DNA of 64,000 bases from Candidatus Omnitrophota bacterium (GTDB lineage Bacteria; Omnitrophota; Gorgyraeia; Zapsychrales; Fredricksoniimonadaceae): positions 4,227 to 68,226 of the forward strand of contig CAIVRE010000010.1 of NCBI GenBank assembly GCA_903908245.1, written 5' to 3'. Shown here piece by piece: positions 22,428-33,093 of this stretch. The position numbers and the translations under genes were made by a program. The notes under the pieces are model-generated. The model was not told where the DNA came from, did not search any database, and was given only the letters and a program-made list of their open reading frames with translations. Position 1 is the stretch's first letter; every line of letters starts with the position of its first letter.

Positions 22428-23276
22428 TTACCCTTTCAATGCCTCAACAGAAGAAATGATCTCGATGACCTCTCTGGTGATCACCGCTTGCCTGACTTTA
22501 TTCCTCAGGAGGACCAGGTCCCCCATCAGCTCTTTCGCATTATCCTTGGACGACTTCATCGCGACCATCCGCGCGGAATGCTCGCAAATGAACGATTCGA
22601 GCAGCATCAGGCGGAACCAGCTCGAAAGATACAACGGCAGTAACTCGGTCAACATGCCGTCACGATTCGATTCCAGAATGAAATTCATGTTGTTCGCCGG
22701 CGGAAGGTCAACATGCAGGAACTTGACCACCTTGGGGTGATGCTTCATCGGATTCTCAAAGACCGAATACGCCACATGCACTTCAGCGACCTTGCGCTCC
22801 AGAAAATCAGACACCAGCGTATCGAACATCTTCTGGTGAAAATTCCCTGTTAAACGCCCGTGGGCACCGGGAAAAGAATGGGCGATATCCATCCCTTTCT
22901 TGCGAAAATGTCCGCTGCCCTTACGGCCATAAACATAAAGCCTGATCGCACGGCCCGGGTTTTTTTCTATAAAACGTTCTACAGTACGCATCACCTGATA
23001 ATTATAAACGCCACACAGGCCGGTATCCGCACTGACCACGAACAATGCCAATGGCCCGTCGCGCTTGACCATAAAAGGGTTTTTGGTCATGGTCTCGACG
23101 CCCGCCACATTCGCGAAAATGGAACTGATCTTCTCAAAATAAGAACGCCCCCTCTTAAGCGGCGCATCCAAAGACTTAAATTTGGACATCGACACCATCT
23201 CCATTGCCCGGGTCACCTTCCAGGTGCCCTCAACAGAACGGATACGCGACTTTAATTGCCTAAGCTGCTGGGACAT
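22428..23276 (-). CDS. atpG: ATP synthase gamma subunit
   Basis: KVTRAMEMVS, GLCG, RQAVITRE. Confidence 0.96.
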   Translation of the reverse strand: MSQQLRQLKSRIRSVEGTWKVTRAMEMVSMSKFKSLDAPLKRGRSYFEKISSIFANVAGVETMTKNPFMVKRDGPLALFVVSADTGLCGVYNYQVMRTVERFIEKNPGRAIRLYVYGRKGSGHFRKKGMDIAHSFPGAHGRLTGNFHQKMFDTLVSDFLERKVAEVHVAYSVFENPMKHHPKVVKFLHVDLPPANNMNFILESNRDGMLTELLPLYLSSWFRLMLLESFICEHSARMVAMKSSKDNAKELMGDLVLLRNKVRQAVITREVIEIISSVEALKG

Positions 23277-23279
23277 AGA

Positions 23280-24803
<1,524 letters not shown>

Positions 24804-24804
24804 T

Positions 24805-25350
24805 TTATATCACCTGGGATTGAAGCAACTTTTTCCTAAGCTCTACGAGACGGTTGCGGACTGAACCGTCGATTATCCTGTTCCCAATAATAACCTGCAC
24901 TCCGCCGAGCAAATCGGGATCAAGCTCCAAATAAAGATTCGACTTCTGCTCTAAAACACTCTCCAGCTTGACCTTGATGCGCGAGATCGTTTCAAGTTCA
25001 AGGGGGAACGTGGTCTTCAATGTCACATCAACCGAGTCCCCATGCGCAAACTGCACCCGTACCTGATCGGCGATATCCGATAATCTGGTCACCCGGTGCT
25101 TGACGATCAAATAATTGATAAAAGTGACCGTCTCATCCGAATAATACCCCTTGAACATCGCCTCCAGAACCCTGGCTTTCTCGACACGAGGGACCTCCGG
25201 AGCCAGAAGAAAATATTCAAGGTCTTTTTCTTCACGCAAAAGCCATTTGAGGCTCTTCATTTCCTCGACACAGCGCTCCAGGCCGATCCGCGGGCTAGCA
25301 AAATCCACAAAAGCCTTGGCATAACGTTTAACGATGATCTGGTCGCGCAT
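24805..25350 (-). CDS. atpH: ATP synthase delta subunit
   Basis: RYAKAF, DPDLLGG..IDGSV; operon position. Confidence 0.92.
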   Translation of the reverse strand: MRDQIIVKRYAKAFVDFASPRIGLERCVEEMKSLKWLLREEKDLEYFLLAPEVPRVEKARVLEAMFKGYYSDETVTFINYLIVKHRVTRLSDIADQVRVQFAHGDSVDVTLKTTFPLELETISRIKVKLESVLEQKSNLYLELDPDLLGGVQVIIGNRIIDGSVRNRLVELRKKLLQSQVI

Positions 25351-25843
25351 CCACCTTGTCCATTTCGGTTAACATCCCTTCGATGATCTTCTTGTCCTGA
25401 TCGAAGGTCAGCTTTTCCAATATCATCTTTTCTGTGACCGTCATCACCATGTCAACAACATCATTGCGCAAAGCCTCGCGGGCCTTGGTCATCTCAAACC
25501 GGATCTCCTTGCGGGAATCCTCAATAATATGGTCGGCTTCCGCCCGTGCTTTCTCTTTTAATTCATGCGCACTGGCCTCTGCCTGGCGTTCGATCACTTT
25601 CATCTTCTCCTGGGCTGTTTCATCGATCCGTGCCAGGGAAGCCGCGTAATCATTCTTGAGCTTGAGCACATCAAGCTTCGCGTCCTCTACCGCCTTCAAC
25701 TCGGCTTGAACCCTGCTGCGGCGCTCTTCCATAACAGAAAAAACAGGCTTCCAAAGGAACTTCTTTAAAAGGAAGAGCACCAGAAAAAAACAAACCATCT
25801 GGGCGATCACCATCTGGAGGTTCAATAATTTTAATATTTCCAT
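25328..25843 (-). CDS. atpF: ATP synthase b subunit
   Basis: N-terminal TM, LWKP..EERR, coiled coil; start placed at MEILK. Confidence 0.92.
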   Translation of the reverse strand: MEILKLLNLQMVIAQMVCFFLVLFLLKKFLWKPVFSVMEERRSRVQAELKAVEDAKLDVLKLKNDYAASLARIDETAQEKMKVIERQAEASAHELKEKARAEADHIIEDSRKEIRFEMTKAREALRNDVVDMVMTVTEKMILEKLTFDQDKKIIEGMLTEMDKVDARPDHR

Positions 25844-25935
25844 ATTATCCTTAAAAGTTTTCACCGCCGAAACCGCGGCCTACGAAACGATCGTACAGGC
25901 AGACGTCTCCAGCCCCCGGATATCCAGGGGCAATA

Positions 25936-26169
25936 TCAGATCTTCCCGACTAAAGGGAAAACAATGAACGCCAGAACGTAAAAAATGATCGTTTCGATAA
26001 GCGCACCGCCGATAAGCATCAGCGTCAGGATCTTGGGCAGCGCGTCCGGCTGGCGGCCAACGGACTGAAGCGCACTGGAGACCGCGTTGCCAAGGCCGAG
26101 ACCGACACCGAGCGCGGTCAACCCTAACCCGATCGGTAAACTGAAAGCTAAAGCCGCATGAAAATCCAT
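25936..26169 (-). CDS. atpE: ATP synthase c subunit
   Basis: GxGxGxG, RQP loop, ion-binding Glu in ALIETIIFY. Confidence 0.95.
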   Translation of the reverse strand: MDFHAALAFSLPIGLGLTALGVGLGLGNAVSSALQSVGRQPDALPKILTLMLIGGALIETIIFYVLAFIVFPLVGKI

Positions 26170-26190
26170 TTGTTCCTCCTCAGTTATTGA

Positions 26191-26958
26191 TTAATGATGC
26201 GCCTCGTCATGTTTCATGACCAGGGAAAAATAAACAAGCGATAAAACACTGAATACTGCCGCCTGGATCGTGGATGTCAGGATCACAAGGATAAGATTCG
26301 GGAATAACCACAAAAAACCATCTTTTAGCCCCCAGCTGGCGAACAGGGCCAGGATCACGTCGTCTCCGTAAATATTGCTGCGCAAACGCAAGGACAAACT
26401 GATCGGCCGCACCAGCTCGCTGATAATATGAAGAACAAGCATAAAGGCTGGCACGATAAGGGTTATGGCCATCCACCCGCGCGGCTGCCCCATTAAATGA
26501 TCAACATACCCTCCGACACCCAGTTCTTTGAACGCGGTATACTGAATATAAAAGAAAACGATCAGCGCCAGGGCTACGGTCGTTGAAAGGTCGGCAGTCG
26601 GCGACTTGAAGAACGGGATCAACCCGATATAGTTCATAGCCAGAATATAAAGGAACAAAGTCCCGATAAAAGGCGTGAACTCCCGGCCGCGATCCCCAAG
26701 GATACTGCGAATAAAATCATCAATGAACGAAACAACAAATTCCGCCCCGCTTTGCAAACGACCGGGGACATATTCAAGTTTCCGCGTTGCCAAACGGGAA
26801 AAAAACGCGAGTAAAGCGATCACTAACAGCGCATAGATCGCGCTTTCCCAGCGATGACAAAAATGGCCGAAAACGTTCCCGCTGTTCAATTCAGCTGCCA
26901 GCCCCACAATATGCGGGAATTCAGCGGCGGATGTTGTTGTGGCTGCTTCTGCTAACAT
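26191..26958 (-). CDS. atpB: ATP synthase a subunit
   Basis: PGRLQ, SPTAD, RPISLSLRL, IQAAVF. Confidence 0.95.
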   Translation of the reverse strand: MLAEAATTTSAAEFPHIVGLAAELNSGNVFGHFCHRWESAIYALLVIALLAFFSRLATRKLEYVPGRLQSGAEFVVSFIDDFIRSILGDRGREFTPFIGTLFLYILAMNYIGLIPFFKSPTADLSTTVALALIVFFYIQYTAFKELGVGGYVDHLMGQPRGWMAITLIVPAFMLVLHIISELVRPISLSLRLRSNIYGDDVILALFASWGLKDGFLWLFPNLILVILTSTIQAAVFSVLSLVYFSLVMKHDEAHH

Positions 26959-26989
26959 ATCGATTTTTTTGGTTAAAAGGTGAACTTAT

Positions 26990-27067
26990 ATTTTAACAAT
27001 TGCGGCCAATAAAGCAATACTTCAATTAAATAACGAAAGACTATACCACTATTATTCCAGATGTCAA
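26990..27067 (-). promoter_or_regulatory. Two candidate tandem sigma70 promoters of the atp operon
   Basis: TTGACA-16-TATAGT (27067-27040) and TTGCTT-16-TAAAAT (27017-26990), both with a TGn extension. Confidence 0.5.
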
Positions 27068-27146
27068 TGCGAAGGGGCAGCCCCGCCATTCCAGGGCCAC
27101 CCCCTGCAGATCTTGTCCCGCAACCGGGGCATAAACCGGATAACCC

Positions 27147-27488
27147 TTACCCGATCGCGATCCCGCCCCGCTCTTCTGTGCGGATACGGATACACTGATC
27201 CAACGCCAGGATGAATATCTTGCCGTCACCAGTCTCCCCTGTCTTTGCTCCTTTTACGATCGCCTTGACCGCTGTTTCAACAAAGTTATCGTTAACCGCA
27301 ATATCAATGCGGACCTTCCTCAAAAGGTTCCCCATTTCTTTTGCGCCGCGATAGACCTCGGTGACCCCTTTCTGACGGCCATGCCCGAGGACTTCACTCA
27401 CAGTGATCAAATTGACATCGACTTTATAAAGCTCCTCTTTCACATCATCAAGCCTGCTCGGCTGAATAATCGCAACGATCATTTTCAT
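27147..27488 (-). CDS. glnK: P-II nitrogen regulatory protein
   Basis: GRQKG..YRG, TGETGDGKIF, RIRT; downstream of amtB. Confidence 0.93.
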   Translation of the reverse strand: MKMIVAIIQPSRLDDVKEELYKVDVNLITVSEVLGHGRQKGVTEVYRGAKEMGNLLRKVRIDIAVNDNFVETAVKAIVKGAKTGETGDGKIFILALDQCIRIRTEERGGIAIG

Positions 27489-27508
27489 AATTAAACCCCT
27501 TTCTTATC

Positions 27509-27571
27509 GGGTAGGCACAGGGGCCTACCCCTACATGCATGTACGGGCGGCCCCCTGCGGCCGCCCTGTAC
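27509..27571. repeat. Inverted doublet of GTAG-type REP-like palindromes
   Basis: rc GTAGGGGTAGGCCCCTGTGCCTACCC and GTACGGGCGGCCCCCTGCGGCCGCCC, head-to-head around TACATGCATGTA. Confidence 0.7.
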
Positions 27572-27576
27572 TTTTA

Positions 27577-28803
27577 TTATTCTAACATCGTATACGCACG
27601 TTCATGGTGCTGAGTAAGGTCAAGCCCGACCTCTTCATCCTTAGGCACGACCCTCATCCCCATAAAAATGTCAACCAGCTTAAAGATCACTGCTGTTACA
27701 ACCGCTGAATAGACAAGCGTTACAGCCACCGCCTTGACCTGGATCATGAACTGCGCAGGATTCCCGTAAAAGAGTCCGTCATTGCCCGCAGCATTGACAA
27801 GTTTCGTGGCAAACAAGCCTGTTGCCAAAGCGCCCCAGATCCCTCCAATACAATGGACACCAAACGCGTCAAGGGCATCGTCATATCCCAATTTAGGCTT
27901 AATGATGGCCGCAGCGATGTAACAAAACACACTGACCAGAAGACCGATCACCAGAGCCCCGCTCACATTCACAAACCCGGCAGCTGGCGTAATAGCCACA
28001 AGGCCGGCAACAGCACCCGAGCAAAGACCGAACAATGTCGGTTTTCCGGTGCGGACCCATTCAATAAGCGCCCAGCTCAAACCTGCCGCAGCCGCCGCTG
28101 TATTGGTAACGACAAACGCGTTCGCTGCAAGCCCGTTAGCGGCAAGGGCAGAGCCTGCGTTAAATCCAAACCACCCGAACCATAAAAGGGCCGTCCCCAA
28201 AGCAACGAACGGAAGATTGTGCGGTGATGGAATATGCTTATCCGCGTTCTTGCGGCGTCCTATCATAAGCGCTGTGACCAATGCCGCAATACCCGCGTTG
28301 ATATGAACAACCGTACCGCCTGCAAAATCCAGAGCACCCATATTACGGAGAAAACCGCCCATACCCCAGACCCAATGGCAGATCGGTGCATAGACCAGCG
28401 TTAACCACAGAACGATAAAAACCACAAAGGATGAAAACTTCATCCTTTCCGCAAAAGCACCCAGAATAAGCGCGGGCGTTATAACCGCGAACATGGCCTG
28501 AAAGATCATAAACGCCTGATGCGGGATCGTTGCCGAATAATCGTTATAAGGCTCAAGTCCGACACCGTTAAGCATCGACCAGCCAAACCCGCCCCAAAAA
28601 CCGGTCCCCGGAGCGAACGACAAGCTATACCCGTAAACCACCCACAATACGCTTACCAGGCACAAAACAAAAAAACATTGCATCAAAACGCTCAGAATGT
28701 TTTTTCTCCTGACCATCCCGCCATAAAAAAATGCCAAACCAGGGGTCATCAACATGACCAGCGCTGTTGAAACCAAGACCCAAGCTGTATCTCCTGCGTT
28801 CAT
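27577..28803 (-). CDS. amtB: Ammonium transporter
   Basis: DFAGGTVVH, WFGWFGFN, DDALDAFGVH (twin His present); start MNAGDT after GGAG. Confidence 0.97.
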   Translation of the reverse strand: MNAGDTAWVLVSTALVMLMTPGLAFFYGGMVRRKNILSVLMQCFFVLCLVSVLWVVYGYSLSFAPGTGFWGGFGWSMLNGVGLEPYNDYSATIPHQAFMIFQAMFAVITPALILGAFAERMKFSSFVVFIVLWLTLVYAPICHWVWGMGGFLRNMGALDFAGGTVVHINAGIAALVTALMIGRRKNADKHIPSPHNLPFVALGTALLWFGWFGFNAGSALAANGLAANAFVVTNTAAAAAGLSWALIEWVRTGKPTLFGLCSGAVAGLVAITPAAGFVNVSGALVIGLLVSVFCYIAAAIIKPKLGYDDALDAFGVHCIGGIWGALATGLFATKLVNAAGNDGLFYGNPAQFMIQVKAVAVTLVYSAVVTAVIFKLVDIFMGMRVVPKDEEVGLDLTQHHERAYTMLE

Positions 28804-28881
28804 ATTTGACTCCTTTGTTATGTGTTCCACATCAAAACTTATCCTCGGTCGTACCCCTGACCCCATTGCCAAGAACCCTGT

Positions 28882-28932
28882 AAAAAGAAAAAAGCGCCTT
28901 TAACTCATCAACTTTGATGACTTAAAGACGCC
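28882..28932 (-). terminator. Intrinsic terminator in the amtB leader
   Basis: GGCGTCTTTAAGTCATCAA-AG-TTGATGAGTTAAAGGCGC followed by TTTTTTCTTTTT. Confidence 0.8.
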
Positions 28933-28970
28933 TTTGTCTTTTACTAATTTGTCTCGGGCTTCACTGCCCG
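28924..28970 (-). promoter_or_regulatory. ANTAR-type dual hexaloop RNA element
   Basis: CGGGC-AGTGAA-GCCCG and AAAGAC-AAAGGC-GTCTTT; both loops have A1/G4; the second hairpin overlaps the terminator 5' arm. Confidence 0.75.
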
Positions 28971-29036
28971 TTGTTTGCTTGGGCCTTTTCGGCCCAATTC
29001 GCACCACAGCTCTCATTGGTACGTTAGACAATTGTA

Positions 29037-29064
29037 AGTATAGCCCTTCTTCGGAAAATTTCAA
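29037..29064 (-). promoter_or_regulatory. Putative promoter of amtB-glnK
   Basis: TTGAAA-16-TATACT. Confidence 0.55.
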
Positions 29065-29097
29065 GGGCTTTTTTAATAAATTTTCTCTTCTCGACGG

Positions 29098-29136
29098 AAA
29101 AAGCCCTGCATGAACATTTCATTCATGCAGGGCTTT
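29098..29136 (-). terminator. Intrinsic terminator after the YHS gene
   Basis: 14-bp stem AAGCCCTGCATGAA/TTCATGCAGGGCTT with a T-run on the minus strand. Confidence 0.75.
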
Positions 29137-29157
29137 AAAGAACATCCTGTTGCGGTA

Positions 29158-29538
29158 TTACTTCGCAGCCGGAGCATCAACAGCAGGAGCCTCGACGGCC
29201 GGAGCCTGCGCGGTTACAGCTGCAGCAACTTCCGCTTCAGCGATCTTGCTGAATTTCTCACCATCAGCCAAAAACTGCTCTTTGCAGCCCGGGCAACAAA
29301 GATTATAAACCTTCCCATTATACTCAACGGTGTTCTGTCCGAGAGTATCCACATCGATCACCTTCCCGGTAACAGGGCAAACCTTGTTCCCGACAACGAC
29401 CGGAGCCGCAACCACAACGGCGTTTTCGACAGCCGGAGCCGCGACAGCTGCTTCCTTGGCCGCTGTCTCTTGCGCGAAAGCAAGACCGGACACGGACATG
29501 ACTGCCACAATGGATAGAGCGATTACCTTGGACTTCAT
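29158..29538 (-). CDS. Exported YHS/TRASH-domain metal-binding protein
   Basis: Signal peptide (AFA|Q), CPVTG, YNGKVYNLCCPGC; Ala/Pro/Val-rich flanks; GGAGG RBS. Confidence 0.85.
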   Translation of the reverse strand: MKSKVIALSIVAVMSVSGLAFAQETAAKEAAVAAPAVENAVVVAAPVVVGNKVCPVTGKVIDVDTLGQNTVEYNGKVYNLCCPGCKEQFLADGEKFSKIAEAEVAAAVTAQAPAVEAPAVDAPAAK

Positions 29539-29688
29539 ACACTTCCTCCTGTTTTAATAAGGTTTTAAAAGTTTTTTGGGAGCCTGTCAAACCCCAACGT
29601 GGGGGCTATTACGGGGCAGGACCAACTTAATTATTTTGTAATTGTAACACTTTCATACAAAAATCAACAAAAAAGTCGTTAATCTTCA

Positions 29689-31107
29689 TCAATCTGCCAA
29701 TTCATGAAAACCATCCGGGAGCACCACAGCCGGCGCATGATCAACGACCCGGATCTCCCTCCACTTGCCGGACCGGTAACGAAAAAAGACAATAAAAGAG
29801 AACAAAAAGAAAAGAAAAACAACACAAGCCCAGCCAACGAACGGCGACACACCCCAGACGCGCAATAAAACAAAAAGAATGATCACCAGTAACCAGTGCA
29901 ATGATACCGATATGGCCATAGCCCAGAAAGTATCCCCCGCACCACGCAATGCCCCGATAAAAACAACGAACATCGCCTCAACCAGGACATAGATCGACGC
30001 CAGCCGGATCATTCTTATCGCGAGCGGGGATGCCGCAGCAAATACCTCCCCTAAACCCACCGGCTGAAATACCCGCACAAGATACCCGGGACAACAAAAA
30101 AACAGCACCAAAATGACCGAAGAATACGCCAACCCCAATTTAAACCCCGCCATAGCAGCCCGATGAGCAGTGTCCGGGTCCCCGGCCCCCATATATCGCC
30201 CGACCAGGCTGATCACCCCCACCTCAACACCGATCAATGGCACAAAAGAAACAAGGTCCCAGTTAAAAACAATGGTCGCGGCCGTCGCCGTAACCAAACC
30301 CCTGGAGTGAAAGATCAAGACCATGGCATTAAAAGCCAGGATATTAAGGAACATCTCAAGGCCGGTAGGCGATCCGAACCGGATCAACCTGGACATGACA
30401 TCCCGGTCAAAACGAAACGAGGACTTAAGTCCGAATTCCGCGATGTTCTTCCTGCTGAAAAGGCCTGCCGCCAGGACAAGAGCACCGCTTATACTGCCCA
30501 GGATCGTTCCATACGCCGAACCCGTGATCCCCAGTGCCGGCATCCCGCACTTCCCGTAGATCAGGATATAATTAAGGATCAGATTCACCAGCATCGCCAC
30601 AAAAGAAGAGGTCATAACAATACCGGTCCGGCCGATACCTGAGAAAAAAGACGCCAAACTGACCCTGAAAAGACTGGTAATGGTCCCATAAAGCAAAATA
30701 TCAAAATAAACTTTCTGGGGTGCCAACTGCTGTAACGGCACCCCCATCAGCTGAAAGAAACCATGCGCCAGAGGACGGCAAAAAAGAATGGGAATATAAG
30801 CGATCAATGCCAACAATAACGCCTGCGCAAGAACAACCGCGCATTGTTCCTTACGGCCGGCACCGAGATACTGCGCGACCAACGCCGTGGCATAACCAAT
30901 GACCCCGATGAAAAACGACATCATCATAAAAACAGTCAGCCCGCCCCCCATGGCCGCATTCATCAGCTCGGGCCCGAGCTTGGAAAGGAACAGGCGATCC
31001 GTAAAGATCATGACCGTATCACACGCCGATGAAACAACCATTGGCAAAGCAATAACAGCCATTTCCCGGATACTGCCCTTCTGATGCTCTTCTCGCGGAA
31101 TGTTCAT
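29689..31107 (-). CDS. MATE-family transporter
   Basis: About 12 TM segments; AQYLGAG, LRGAGDT, duplicated MATE halves. Confidence 0.9.
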   Translation of the reverse strand: MNIPREEHQKGSIREMAVIALPMVVSSACDTVMIFTDRLFLSKLGPELMNAAMGGGLTVFMMMSFFIGVIGYATALVAQYLGAGRKEQCAVVLAQALLLALIAYIPILFCRPLAHGFFQLMGVPLQQLAPQKVYFDILLYGTITSLFRVSLASFFSGIGRTGIVMTSSFVAMLVNLILNYILIYGKCGMPALGITGSAYGTILGSISGALVLAAGLFSRKNIAEFGLKSSFRFDRDVMSRLIRFGSPTGLEMFLNILAFNAMVLIFHSRGLVTATAATIVFNWDLVSFVPLIGVEVGVISLVGRYMGAGDPDTAHRAAMAGFKLGLAYSSVILVLFFCCPGYLVRVFQPVGLGEVFAAASPLAIRMIRLASIYVLVEAMFVVFIGALRGAGDTFWAMAISVSLHWLLVIILFVLLRVWGVSPFVGWACVVFLFFLFSFIVFFRYRSGKWREIRVVDHAPAVVLPDGFHELAD

Positions 31108-32198
31108 TTGGAAAGAATATCCTTAAAAGCGGGAGATCCCAGCAAACTGCCATAGTGAAAAATAACGCAAGCGCCCTGGCTCTCTTTCTCGCAAAGTTGT
31201 AATTGCTGATAAAATCCCTGCGGGGAATTGGCCTGCTGGTAGGCACCGACAGCAATATTCAATTTCCCGGGATCACTGACACGCACCTGGGCATCCGCGA
31301 TAAATTTCCCCAGTTCGGAAACATCCGGCGGATAGGTCATCACAGTCACAAAGTCGACCAGCCCGCTATTCACCCAGGAAGGCCAATCCTGGAACGCCTC
31401 TTCAAGGGCGCGGACATATGGTGAACAGCCGGTCGTTGATACTTTGATTTTAGGACGAAGCAGCCGCACGCGCTTTACCAGCCGCTCAAGAAGAGCCGTC
31501 ACCTGGCCGCGCTTCCAATCCTTCCACACTTTACTGCTATCAAGGACTTCGGACTGCCCCGTTGCCGCCTTAAAACGCTCCACATTCATTTTTGTATAGC
31601 CATAATGAGGGTCCTTATCGGGATAACGGATATAATCGAACTGGATCCCGTCAAGGGCCGGATACGCACGCAGCAATTCCCCAACCATATTAAGGAGTTC
31701 CGCCCTGACCCTTAGATCGCCAGGCTCCAGAAAATACTGATCATCGATCCTGTAATCGGCCAGGGACCTCTTCTTCTGGATATTACGCGTAAGAATGCTC
31801 GGCCCGTACTTTATCAACAAAGGGGCCTCGACGTTCTTGCTCAGGCTCAACAAATTGACCCAGGCATGGACCTCAATGGACTGCTCGTGAGCCCTCTTGA
31901 TCAAGAGAGCAAAAGGATCCTCCCCGACCGCTTTTAACGCCGCATTATAAGGTTCCTGATCCCCGACCCTGGACGGGAACCAGGCCTGGTCGGCCCGGTA
32001 AACCTGCACAAAGAGCGTACGGACATGCACTTTCTTCGCATAATCGACCAGATCAGCTATCCCCTGGCGGCTGGCCAGGACCGGAGGGTCCTGCAAAAGC
32101 GTTACAAAGAGACCTCGCCGGGGTATGGCATCCGCCATCGTCAGGCCAGGCCACAGCAATGACATGACCAGAACAAAAAAGAAAAAATATCCACTCAT
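31104..32198 (-). CDS. Exported glycosyl hydrolase-like 10 (DUF187/YddW-DigH family)
   Basis: Signal peptide; FVQV, EVHAW, DGIQFDYIRYP, QDWPSW. Confidence 0.82.
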   Translation of the reverse strand: MSGYFFFFVLVMSLLWPGLTMADAIPRRGLFVTLLQDPPVLASRQGIADLVDYAKKVHVRTLFVQVYRADQAWFPSRVGDQEPYNAALKAVGEDPFALLIKRAHEQSIEVHAWVNLLSLSKNVEAPLLIKYGPSILTRNIQKKRSLADYRIDDQYFLEPGDLRVRAELLNMVGELLRAYPALDGIQFDYIRYPDKDPHYGYTKMNVERFKAATGQSEVLDSSKVWKDWKRGQVTALLERLVKRVRLLRPKIKVSTTGCSPYVRALEEAFQDWPSWVNSGLVDFVTVMTYPPDVSELGKFIADAQVRVSDPGKLNIAVGAYQQANSPQGFYQQLQLCEKESQGACVIFHYGSLLGSPAFKDILSK

Positions 32199-32235
32199 AC
32201 GGCCACGCCATTCTTTTTAAAGGATTTTGACACGA

Positions 32236-33093
32236 TCAGCCTCGCACCTTGGCCCTGAACCCCCAACGCCCCGCAAAAACCGATAAAACATAACAACCGA
32301 CCAGGAATAATACGATCGTCGCTCCTGAAGCTGTCCCCGAATAAAACGATGTCACGAGGCCAAAGACACCCGAAACCACACTAAAGATCATCGCCCACCA
32401 TGTATAAGAACACGTACTGCGCGCAAAATTACGGCTGGCCGCGGCAGGCAGGACCAGGAGAGAATTAATGATCAGGATCCCCACCAGGCGGATCGAGATC
32501 ATGACCACCACTGCCAGCAGAACGGTAAAACTTGTTTCCACCAGGAACGTTCTGATCCGCCGGCTGCGAGCCAGCGAACTGTTCACACTGGTCAGGATCA
32601 GGGCATTACCCAGAAAACACCAATAGATCAGGACGACAAGAAAGATCATGCAAAGCCAAAATATCTGCCCTGGAGCAACAGCCAGAATATCCCCTATCAG
32701 GTAAACCGTGTATTTGACAAAACCGCCGTTCCTGCTAAGCAATGTGATCCCGAGCGCCACCATAAAAGCCAGAAATACCCCGAGCACAGTATCCATCGAA
32801 GCGCGCGTCACTCCTTTGAATACATTCACTAATACCGCCAGGATAACCGCCATCATGATCATCGGCCAGGTCGGGTCATGGATCCCGCAAATAACACCGA
32901 TCGCAATCCCGGCAAGTGCTGAATGCCCGAGGACATCAGTGAAAAATGCCATCCTGTTACTGACCACCATCGTACCGAGCAAAGCAAAGACCGGCGCAAT
33001 AACAAGAACGGCCAAAAGGGCATTCTTCATAAATGAGTACTGCCCCCATTCAAAAGGGAGCAGCCCGTCAACCAGCCGATACCATATCTCCAT
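32236..33093 (-). CDS. znuB: Zn/Mn ABC transporter permease
   Basis: MAFFTDVLGHSALAG, YLIGDIL, GILIINSLLVLPA. Confidence 0.88.
   Translation of the reverse strand: MEIWYRLVDGLLPFEWGQYSFMKNALLAVLVIAPVFALLGTMVVSNRMAFFTDVLGHSALAGIAIGVICGIHDPTWPMIMMAVILAVLVNVFKGVTRASMDTVLGVFLAFMVALGITLLSRNGGFVKYTVYLIGDILAVAPGQIFWLCMIFLVVLIYWCFLGNALILTSVNSSLARSRRIRTFLVETSFTVLLAVVVMISIRLVGILIINSLLVLPAAASRNFARSTCSYTWWAMIFSVVSGVFGLVTSFYSGTASGATIVLFLVGCYVLSVFAGRWGFRAKVRG

Noticed and set aside
25865-25935. Hairpins between atpE and atpF
   Set aside because: Ordinary intercistronic stability or stoichiometry elements in atp operons; no U-tract or known motif.
27068-27146. GC-rich hairpin downstream of glnK
   Set aside because: Imperfect stem without a U-tract; may be a degenerate REP, not assignable.
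27509-27571. REP doublets as a CRISPR array or tRNA
   Set aside because: Units are inverted and non-identical with no regular spacers, no cas genes and no cloverleaf.
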